From NCBI GenBank assembly GCA_038215455.1, contig JBBQQW010000001.1, positions 1 through 55,564 on the forward strand: a stretch of DNA of 55,564 nucleotides, given 5' to 3'. The first letter of the stretch is position 1; the number at the start of each line of letters is the position of its first letter. This document shows positions 34,462-42,400 of the stretch, one piece after another. The DNA is from Armatimonadota bacterium (GTDB lineage: Bacteria > Armatimonadota > Hebobacteria > CAIYQO01). Position numbers and translations under genes: made by a program. The notes under the pieces were generated by a model. The model worked only from the letters and a program-made list of their open reading frames with translations, searched no databases and was not told the origin of the DNA.

Positions 34462-35034
34462 CTACAAGATGATGGCCAGAAACTGGGCAGATTGATTGTT
34501 AAGTGCTTTCATCCCATGATCAACGCCACTGTCAAAGTAGAGTGAATCGCCCTCATTAAGTACAATTTCATGTCCATCAATGAATATTTTCAGCGTTCCC
34601 GAGATGACGTAGTTGAACTCCTGCCCAGGGTGGCTGTTGAGCGCGAAGGGGGTATTCTCCGCCTCCGGCGGCACGGTGACGAGGAATGGCTCTGCCTTCT
34701 TATGGGCAAAGTTGGATGCCAGGCTCTGATACTGGTATTCTTTGCGGCGTTGTACCGATACTCCCTTACCCTTGCGTGCCAGGGCATAGGTATGCAGGCG
34801 CGGGTTCTCTCCCGTGAGAATTGCCGAGAGTTCCACATTGAAGCGGTTGGCGATCTGGTAGAGCACAGAGACGGAGATATCCGTCGCCCCCGCTTCATAG
34901 CGGGCATACGTCGCTGCACTGATCCCCAGCTCGCCGGCCAGCGTCTCCTGGGTAATGCCCTCAATCTCGCGTATTTCGCGGATGCGCAACGCAATCTGTT
35001 TCAATTGATCTTCCATAGCAAGCCCCCTGTCCAA
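34462..35034 (-). CDS. XRE-family HTH transcriptional regulator with C-terminal cupin domain
   Basis: IALRIREIREIEGITQETLAGELGISAATYARYEAG is HTH_3-like. The cupin is HPGQEFNYVISGTLKIFIDGHEIVLNEGDSLYFDS...H. ATG 35016 (MEDQLKQ) is an equally plausible start. Confidence 0.8.
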   Translation of the reverse strand: MDRGLAMEDQLKQIALRIREIREIEGITQETLAGELGISAATYARYEAGATDISVSVLYQIANRFNVELSAILTGENPRLHTYALARKGKGVSVQRRKEYQYQSLASNFAHKKAEPFLVTVPPEAENTPFALNSHPGQEFNYVISGTLKIFIDGHEIVLNEGDSLYFDSGVDHGMKALNNQSAQFLAIIL

Positions 35035-35079
35035 GTATAATTCTTTGAATAAGCGGATGATTCCTGCTTGTCGCCATTA

Positions 35080-38000
35080 TTACGCCAGACGAAGGAGCAT
35101 GCGCAGCAACACCATCGGTGGGATATATGCCAGCAGGTATATCCACAGCCACCCGGGATCATAGTCCGGCTTGCCAAAGCGTGCAAACGGTGTCCAGAAC
35201 ATCTGCTTTGTCTTTGCTTTGTCGTAGACTATTTTTACTGATTTCACTGGAGAAGATGCTCCTCCAGTGATCTCGGTAAGTGCAGGTGGATATTTATCAC
35301 CGAGAACAGCGCTGATTTTTATCGGTGTTTTCTCCTTGGTTGTCAGTGTAAGATCAAATTTACCAGCGGTGGCGGTATCCATGTCTGCAGGTCGGATGCG
35401 CCAGGATATTGTCTGTGGTGTAACCCCCGCCTTCAGGTAACCCTGCAAGTCGGCCAGCATCTCTGCGCGTGCCTTTTTGGCAGCTGCCTGCACGTCCCAG
35501 GGCAGGTTGCCCATCTCGGATGGTGCCGCCCAGCGTGCCTGCAATTTCTCCAGCGTCTCTTTTATCTGCGGGATCGACTGCTCGCGTGGGGTGGTCTCAT
35601 CCAGCCGCACTGTGCCAGGAATGTCGAGAGACACCGGCTCATGCCATGTAGCATCTACTGTGGCAAGCACCATGAAGGACGTCCCGGGTGCAGGACTCCA
35701 TGCAGCCGGGTCAAGACGTTCTGGCAACCAGGAGAAGGTCATCACCATCGGGCCGAGCACCAGCGCCAGCGGGACGAATGCCGCCATGGATATCTGCCCC
35801 TGTACCGGGCGCGCCAGCTGCAGCAGTATCTTGTTCCGCGGGGAGCCGGTCGGGAAGGTCGCGGCCTCTTTGGTGAGGAGCGCAGCCCGGCGTTTCGCCT
35901 CCCAGATGCGCTTGTTATTCGTCAGCACGCTCTGCCCCACCATGGTGATGATGGCAAAGGCACAGGCAATGATGGCAACGGTTATCGGCTTGCCGAATAT
36001 GTTAACCAGCGGCCAGAGCAGAGAATCCAGTATTGCATAGCTGGGATGCTTCAAATATTGTGGCGGGAGTAGGAATACCCCGGCCAGGTAGATGGCCCAG
36101 AAAGCGATGCAGAGATTCATCAGCATCCCGGCGCGGCGGTCGGCATCACCGGGTACCGGCGGTACCAGCTCGCGTGCCACATGGGTGTCATTCTCGTCAA
36201 CGGCGGCAACATCGCAGATTTCCTGCGCGCCGCGGTAGAGTTTGCCGTGTCGGCCGTCTACCGTGATCGTCTCGCCTTCCTGCAGCAGTTCCGTCGCTCC
36301 GGCCAGCACAACTGCCGGGATGCCCATTTCGCGTGCAACCACCGCACCGTGCGAGAGCGTGCCCCCACGCTCCAGCACCAGGCCGGCGGCGTTGACGAAT
36401 AACGGAGTCCAGGAGGGATCGGTGGACGGGCAGACGAGGATGTAGCCGTTCTCCATCGCGCCCGCTTTCTCCGGCGAGAGAATAATACGCGCTGGCCCGG
36501 AAGCCGTTCCGCTGGAGATAGGGAACACCGTGATGCAATCGCCCGAAGCATGGATTATGGGTTCGCCGATACGCTCCAGTTCCGCTTCATCAATGAAGTT
36601 CGGGAGTTGGATGCGGTCTTCCGCGGCGCGCAGCATCTTGCGTTTATCTATAACCGGAAGTGGCGGATATCCAGTGAGTACTGCATGAGTGAACTCTTCA
36701 CGCGTGAGTAAGAAGACATCATCGCCGATGCCCAGGCGTCGCCCGGCTTCCAATGCCACATCGCGCAGCAGGTCGTACCCGAGCATCAGATAGTCTTTGC
36801 CGTCCTCACGGAAGTTGATATAGCGCCCAGCACGTTGCAGAATATCTTCCAGCCGGTCGGCATCCTTCGGGCTAAGCTTGCTTTGCAGTTCGTCGATACG
36901 TTTCACAGCTCGTGCGTGACGTTCCTCGCTGATAAGCTGCGGTGACCTGCCACCCGCCATGCCCTGTGCCATTTTGCGCGCTTCTTCCGGGCGTTCACGC
37001 CAGCGTGGTGAGGAGAGATCGAACTCTGCTGGGCCACGGTAGCCGTGATCTTTGATCCATTTTTCCAGCGTGCGCGTCCCGGTTGCCACTTCGTACAGTT
37101 CTGCCCCGGAGCGCAATGTGGAGTCCATTTTTGAAGAGACGACAATCTCATTAGAAAGTTCATACGGATCATCATCCCAGAAGTGTTCATTGAGAAAGCT
37201 GTGCAATTCTGCCAGAATCATGCCATCAATAAGACTGGGAAGCATAGAACTGGGGCCAAAGTCGTCCAGCACCTGCGTCTCGCGCTCCTGCAGTGCTGTG
37301 AGCAGTTCTTCATCGGATAAGATGGTGAGATCGCGATGCTTCTCTGCTTTGCACCAGGCAGCAAATGCCGGGATTATTTCGTTGGACAACCGTTTGTCGA
37401 AGTCCTCTGACATCTCCGCCAGCATACGATTGGCTGCTGCCAGCTTCCCGTTTACATTCATGCCCCCCATCATTCCGCCGATGGGGACGGTGGGAGGGGC
37501 TTGCCCGGCTTCGGGATTATTGCGGATCTCCTCTGGATCATAGGCGAAGGGGAAATCCTGGAAAAACATCTCCGGTGCGACCTTCAAGTCCATGTAGGGG
37601 CGGCCGGCGATGAGCGTGAGAAAACCTTCCGCGCAGGCGATAGGAGCAGGTACAAAACCTGCCTGCCGGTACATATTCCCGTAGCCACCTTCACCGGACA
37701 TGAAACGGCGGATAAAGCTCCAGGTGAGCGGGGTGGGGTGGGGCAGGGTTTCGGCGATGTTATGCGTCACCCACGGGCCACGTTCGTTCTCCAGTGCCGC
37801 TTTCAATTCTGTGCGTGTATTATGCAGGCACTCCTCATAGGCAGCCGCGTCACCCAGTGTGGTGATATTACGCGTCTGCAGGATGAAAAGCTCATCGTTG
37901 TGGAAGGCCCATTCGATATCCTGCGGGACGCGGAAATGCGTCGCCGCATGCCTGCCCAGTTCCCAGAGCTTCAGCACTTGCGCAGCATTAAGAGAACGCT

Positions 38001-38685
38001 TGTTGCGCATGTTGGCCGGGGTGGCACATTCCTTATGCGAGCCAGGCGCTATCCAGGTCGCTTTGTCGGAGATCTTCGCCTCAAGTACGCGGCCATCAAT
38101 GCCGGAGATACGCAACACGTCTGGTTGCACGTTGCCCGAGACAACCGATTCGCCCAGCCCCCAGCTCGCTTCGATGAGCATCTCATCGAGTGCGCCGGTG
38201 CGTGCATTGGCCGTGAAGAGCACGCCCGCTACATCGGCGGGGACGAGTATCTGTACTACTACCGCCATTGCCACCACATCAATATCAATGCCATGCTCAT
38301 GCAGGTAGCTACGCGTGCGTGGGCTGTCCAGGCTGCTCCAGCATTTCTGCACCGCATTCAGCACATCATCGACACCATTGATGTCCAGGAAGGTCTCATA
38401 TTGCCCCGCCATACTGGCATCGGCCATATCTTCCGCAGTGGCGCTGGAACGCACCGCCACCGTTGGCGAGCCGATCTGCTGGTAGCAGGTGCGGATTGCA
38501 TCGGCCAATTCGGCGGGCATGCCACCTTTGGCATGAGCGTAACGATAGGCATCGGTAGTGATGACAAAGCCACCGGGCGCGGGGAATCCTGCGCGCAACA
38601 GACGCCCGAGGTTGATTGCTTTTCCGCCGACGCGTGCAGCATCGCGCGCATCAGCGAGGTTTTGGATAAAATCGTTAGTATTCAT
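35080..38685 (-). CDS. PEP-utilising phosphotransferase (PpsA / rifampin-phosphotransferase-like: ATP-grasp + central helical region + His swivel domain) fused to a C-terminal polytopic membrane module
   Basis: The PPDK_N-type ATP-grasp covers residues 1 to about 280 (GGKAINLGRLLRAGFPAPGGFVITT, VAVRSSATAEDM, PQDIEWA). The mobile domain covers about 715-820, with ERGGTLSHGAVVAREMGIPAVV (His779, codon 36351-36349). There is no PEP/pyruvate TIM barrel. Residues about 852-1201 contain four hydrophobic helices (MLMNLCIAFWAIYLAGVFLL; ITVAIIACAFAIITMVGQSVL; ISMAAFVPLALVLGPMVMTFSWL; WLWIYLLAYIPPMVLLRMLL) and a loop of about 190 aa between helices 3 and 4. Confidence 0.75.
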   Translation of the reverse strand: MNTNDFIQNLADARDAARVGGKAINLGRLLRAGFPAPGGFVITTDAYRYAHAKGGMPAELADAIRTCYQQIGSPTVAVRSSATAEDMADASMAGQYETFLDINGVDDVLNAVQKCWSSLDSPRTRSYLHEHGIDIDVVAMAVVVQILVPADVAGVLFTANARTGALDEMLIEASWGLGESVVSGNVQPDVLRISGIDGRVLEAKISDKATWIAPGSHKECATPANMRNKRSLNAAQVLKLWELGRHAATHFRVPQDIEWAFHNDELFILQTRNITTLGDAAAYEECLHNTRTELKAALENERGPWVTHNIAETLPHPTPLTWSFIRRFMSGEGGYGNMYRQAGFVPAPIACAEGFLTLIAGRPYMDLKVAPEMFFQDFPFAYDPEEIRNNPEAGQAPPTVPIGGMMGGMNVNGKLAAANRMLAEMSEDFDKRLSNEIIPAFAAWCKAEKHRDLTILSDEELLTALQERETQVLDDFGPSSMLPSLIDGMILAELHSFLNEHFWDDDPYELSNEIVVSSKMDSTLRSGAELYEVATGTRTLEKWIKDHGYRGPAEFDLSSPRWRERPEEARKMAQGMAGGRSPQLISEERHARAVKRIDELQSKLSPKDADRLEDILQRAGRYINFREDGKDYLMLGYDLLRDVALEAGRRLGIGDDVFLLTREEFTHAVLTGYPPLPVIDKRKMLRAAEDRIQLPNFIDEAELERIGEPIIHASGDCITVFPISSGTASGPARIILSPEKAGAMENGYILVCPSTDPSWTPLFVNAAGLVLERGGTLSHGAVVAREMGIPAVVLAGATELLQEGETITVDGRHGKLYRGAQEICDVAAVDENDTHVARELVPPVPGDADRRAGMLMNLCIAFWAIYLAGVFLLPPQYLKHPSYAILDSLLWPLVNIFGKPITVAIIACAFAIITMVGQSVLTNNKRIWEAKRRAALLTKEAATFPTGSPRNKILLQLARPVQGQISMAAFVPLALVLGPMVMTFSWLPERLDPAAWSPAPGTSFMVLATVDATWHEPVSLDIPGTVRLDETTPREQSIPQIKETLEKLQARWAAPSEMGNLPWDVQAAAKKARAEMLADLQGYLKAGVTPQTISWRIRPADMDTATAGKFDLTLTTKEKTPIKISAVLGDKYPPALTEITGGASSPVKSVKIVYDKAKTKQMFWTPFARFGKPDYDPGWLWIYLLAYIPPMVLLRMLLRLA

Positions 38686-40370
38686 TCAGCTGACGTCCCA
38701 ACCAGGCAGATCAGGCCCCCCGTCTCACTTCCCACGAATACTCTACCGCCCGCCACTGTGGGCGAGGAGAAGGACATACCTTGTCCAGGAGCATCTTCTG
38801 AATTCAATGCAATAGTCTCCAGTTTCTTACCCTCGCCATCCAGTACCACCAGGTAGCCTCCGGAAGAAACTGCGTAGATGGTCTTACCGGTAAACGCCGC
38901 TGCGGCCATCACTGGTTCGCTCTCATGGGCGGTAGTTGATTTGATAATGCTGCCATCAGCGATATTCATCAATGTTATCTTACCGGTGCGTCCGGTGCAT
39001 ACGGCTACATTACCCACCACCGCCACCGCACCAAGTACCGCATCGGGGAAGTCTTTAGACCAGACGACTTTGCCGTCTGCGCGATTGATAGCTAAAACCT
39101 TGCCGGCAGGATTCTTCTTATCGGCGTAGACAAAGTCACCGTTGCCAACACCGGTTATTATTATGTCACCGACGACGGTGATTGCTCCGGTAGCCGGATA
39201 TGTGGTATCCGCGGACCAGAGGATATTACCAGCGCCTTCACCTTCCAGCTTAATCGCCACCACTTTATTTCCATTGAAACCACTGCCGATGTAGACAATA
39301 CCATCGACGATGGCGGGAGAGCTTTCCGGGTCGTTAACCGGATGTCGCCACAGTACGGTACCATCGCTAATTTGCACGGCGATAACTTCACCGGGGGCGG
39401 AAATAGGTTTATGGTCTGGACCTTCAATAGCCCCGCACCCCACAACCGCGATGTCTCCCCAGATAGCCGGGGAGCTTTCAATATGCAGTGTGGAGGGTGC
39501 CTGCCAGCGTATTGCCCCCGTGACTGCATCCATACAAACTAATGAGCAATTCATATCAGGATGTAATCCCAGGCCAATGAGTAGATTCGCCCCGTCAGCT
39601 GTAACTGCCGGAGAAGAGAATATCCCCGGGAAAGCTTTCCCATCATTACCTGCACTTGTTTTCCATATCAATGTACCACTTTCTGCATCCAGGCAGATGA
39701 CGGAGCCGTAGTAGGCACCGCCTTTTAACACAGAGACGGAACTATATAGCTTATTGCCGACGAGCAATGGTGATGATAATGACGTGCTGTTATCTTCGGA
39801 ATAACTCCAGAATTTCGCTAACCCACGCGGGCCGGGGCTACCATCCCATGCTGTACGAGCAACACCCATGCCTAAGATGTATGGGCTGGCTGCGCCTGTA
39901 GCAGCACCATTTCCATCGGTTATGACATTGCCAGTCGTTGGATCAATAATTGTGCCATTGAAACTGGTAAGTCCGCCGGGATTCAATAATGAGGTGGTTG
40001 CACTGCCAGTGCCGGGCATACCGGCTATTGGGCCTTTGCCCCCCGTTTTGTCGCGACGCAGGATATCCAGGGCGACGGCGGCCCAATCAGTTTTACTGGT
40101 GGGTTCCCCCGCCACTGTGGTTCCGGTAGTTGCGGCGACTGCCTGGTGTGGCCCGAATGCCCAACTTCCGCCAAACCATAATCCTGCCCCGATGGCAATA
40201 ACCAGGAATGGCATCCAAGGTTTGCGTTTGAAAGCTGCCACTAATTCCTTGGGCTTCATGATAATCGCTGCTACGCTAGCGAAGCCTGCAATTATGGCCG
40301 GGAAGAGGGCAGCACCGGCGTTGACAAAGATCGGCACCACGGCCGGAGAAGTCTCTGGGATAGGCAGCAT
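38682..40370 (-). CDS. membrane-anchored PQQ-like (BamB-type) beta-propeller repeat protein
   Basis: Two N-terminal TM helices (AGAALFPAIIAGFASVAAII; WMPFLVIAIGAGLWFGGSWAF). These are followed by repeated blades of the type G.VY.GS..G.l.A.d..tG...W (VICLDAESGTLIWK, GKVLAINRADGKVVWS, GKITLMNIADGSIIKS, GRVFVGSETGGLICL). The stop overlaps the next gene's ATG (ATGA, 38682-38685). Confidence 0.75.
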   Translation of the reverse strand: MLPIPETSPAVVPIFVNAGAALFPAIIAGFASVAAIIMKPKELVAAFKRKPWMPFLVIAIGAGLWFGGSWAFGPHQAVAATTGTTVAGEPTSKTDWAAVALDILRRDKTGGKGPIAGMPGTGSATTSLLNPGGLTSFNGTIIDPTTGNVITDGNGAATGAASPYILGMGVARTAWDGSPGPRGLAKFWSYSEDNSTSLSSPLLVGNKLYSSVSVLKGGAYYGSVICLDAESGTLIWKTSAGNDGKAFPGIFSSPAVTADGANLLIGLGLHPDMNCSLVCMDAVTGAIRWQAPSTLHIESSPAIWGDIAVVGCGAIEGPDHKPISAPGEVIAVQISDGTVLWRHPVNDPESSPAIVDGIVYIGSGFNGNKVVAIKLEGEGAGNILWSADTTYPATGAITVVGDIIITGVGNGDFVYADKKNPAGKVLAINRADGKVVWSKDFPDAVLGAVAVVGNVAVCTGRTGKITLMNIADGSIIKSTTAHESEPVMAAAAFTGKTIYAVSSGGYLVVLDGEGKKLETIALNSEDAPGQGMSFSSPTVAGGRVFVGSETGGLICLVGTSAE

Positions 40371-40552
40371 GTAAAATCCTCGCTATTTGTGTTAGAATTG
40401 TGTTTAATTATCGGGAATACCGGCGTTATCGTCAAGTTTTTCCGATCTCAAATTATTTGACAAAAAATCTTACCGTTTGTTCCACTTTCTGAAGAGAACA
40501 GATGTATATTTTTGGTGTCAAACTACCTAGTTTAGTGAATATGGAGATTATG

Positions 40553-42379
40553 ATGAAGATCAAACAGATTGTCATGCTTGTGTGTTGCAGCATTTCCGCT
40601 CAGATGTTGCTGGCCGTGGTTCCTCTGAACCCGATCGGGGCGGGGATATACCCCGAGGTCATTCTGCAGGCGCAGGTCACTGCGACGCCGGCAGGTGGCC
40701 AGCTGGCATTGGCAGAGATTGCCACCCTCCAGGGCGATGCACCACTGATTCTCAAAACGGTTACGGTTTCAGCTGCTGCAGCTCCCAAACTAGCGGCGGA
40801 ATGTGCAGCAGGCCCGCAGATGGCGCTCATCTTCTGGGGTGAGACCGGGCAAGCGGATAAGAATATCGCCGGTGTACTGCACGTCGGAGCATCGTGGCTG
40901 ACATTTTCCAAAAATGATGATGGCGTGACTCTCGACGACCAGCAACTGGATATCAACCTTACCTGGGGTGGTATCACCGATTCGCTGCAGGCCACTGTCG
41001 ACTACATCGCAACGCACCCAGCGGCGGATGTACATACCCGCTGGGGTGGTGAACTGAAAATCGGCGAATTCGCTGGTGTCGTATCTTCGGCGCAGGCAGT
41101 TGACCTGTTGGGTGACGGACGGCCGTGTCTATACCTGGCCTCACTTGCAGGAGACCGGGCTTTCCGCATAAAGGATGATGGTACTGCTGAAGAGCTTACT
41201 GCTCAATTGGGGATAACGGCGAAATCGAAGCTGGTGACCTTTGGCACCTTCGATAATTCGGGTAAAATGGGAATAGCCAGCTGGTCAGCAGGTAAGTTGT
41301 ATATCTACGCACAAGCAGATGGCAAATTCGCAACAGCGCCGCTGGAAGTTGCGCAGGATGATTGCATTGGTATCAGCTCGATACCCAGTGGTATAGCGGG
41401 ACAAGCTGCCATACTGGTGTCACGTTCCGAGGCAAAAGCGCCAGTGATTGTCTCTCCGGGTAAAGACGCTGTTATACTGGCCACAGCAAATAGTTGGGTA
41501 AAAAGCGAAGCAACCCGCTGTGCAGTTGCCGATTTCAATGGTGACGGAATCATTGATATCGCACAACCGTTCAGTAAAGGTGTGTTATTCTACCAGGGGA
41601 ATAAAGATGGCACATTCCAGGCTGGCGCGAATAAGAGCGTTGTGTCGTTACCGAAAGACATGTTGGCATTGAATGTTGCTGATATCGATGCCGATGGCCA
41701 GTTGGACTTCATCGTAACCGCGCGTACCGGGACGATCATTCTGCGCAACGCCGGCAACGGTAACTTCTCCCCGGTACTACGCGCCCTCGGTGGTATGCGC
41801 GACGCTACACGCTCCTCGCTGGAATGTTCACCGATTGATTACGACAACGACGGGCGCATTGACCTGTTCATACGCTACCAGGGATTGATGCCGCAGGCGC
41901 TGATTAACTGCGGTTTTTCAAAATTCATCCAGTCAGGTAATCTGAGTCTCGCAGGTGTTGAGACCAAAGATGCCGACGGGAAAGTATTGGCCCCAGCCTG
42001 GCAAATGGCCTGTGCTGATGATATGAAAGATGAGCAGGGTGCCCTGGCGGTGGGCGACTTTAACGGTGATAACGTAGAAGATATTGTGCTGGTAGGCCAG
42101 CCGGGGAATAAGATCTGGTTGCTGACGGCAGATAACGCTGCGGGTAAATTGGCGCTCAATGTTACGCTACCGGCAACATCTGCAGGGCAGCAAGTGGTAG
42201 TAGCGTATACTGGCAAACGTTGCCTGGGTGCCAGATTGATAGAGCCAGGCAAGCCGGCATTTTTCGGCATAGCCAATAAGGGGCCGATTACACTGCAATG
42301 GACTACCACGGATGGAATAGCACACAGCAAAAAAGTAGTAGTTTTGAAGTCAACTCGTGTAGAATTAGCTGCTGAATAG
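40553..42379 (+). CDS. secreted FG-GAP/VCBS repeat (integrin-alpha-like propeller) protein
   Basis: Signal peptide MKIKQIVMLVCCSISAQMLLA. Ca-binding FG-GAP loops: ADFNGDGIIDI, DIDADGQLDFIV, DYDNDGRIDLFI, GDFNGDNVEDIVLVG. The track start is 40502. I prefer ATG 40553, 6 nt after GGAG. Confidence 0.75.
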   Translation: MKIKQIVMLVCCSISAQMLLAVVPLNPIGAGIYPEVILQAQVTATPAGGQLALAEIATLQGDAPLILKTVTVSAAAAPKLAAECAAGPQMALIFWGETGQADKNIAGVLHVGASWLTFSKNDDGVTLDDQQLDINLTWGGITDSLQATVDYIATHPAADVHTRWGGELKIGEFAGVVSSAQAVDLLGDGRPCLYLASLAGDRAFRIKDDGTAEELTAQLGITAKSKLVTFGTFDNSGKMGIASWSAGKLYIYAQADGKFATAPLEVAQDDCIGISSIPSGIAGQAAILVSRSEAKAPVIVSPGKDAVILATANSWVKSEATRCAVADFNGDGIIDIAQPFSKGVLFYQGNKDGTFQAGANKSVVSLPKDMLALNVADIDADGQLDFIVTARTGTIILRNAGNGNFSPVLRALGGMRDATRSSLECSPIDYDNDGRIDLFIRYQGLMPQALINCGFSKFIQSGNLSLAGVETKDADGKVLAPAWQMACADDMKDEQGALAVGDFNGDNVEDIVLVGQPGNKIWLLTADNAAGKLALNVTLPATSAGQQVVVAYTGKRCLGARLIEPGKPAFFGIANKGPITLQWTTTDGIAHSKKVVVLKSTRVELAAE

Positions 42380-42400
42380 TAGAAATAGATGGAGAAAATG

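Noticed and set aside
37501-38856. 451-aa plus-strand ORF overlapping the phosphotransferase and propeller genes
   Set aside because: It is antisense to two well-supported minus-strand genes and spans their ATGA junction. It has no family resemblance or RBS.
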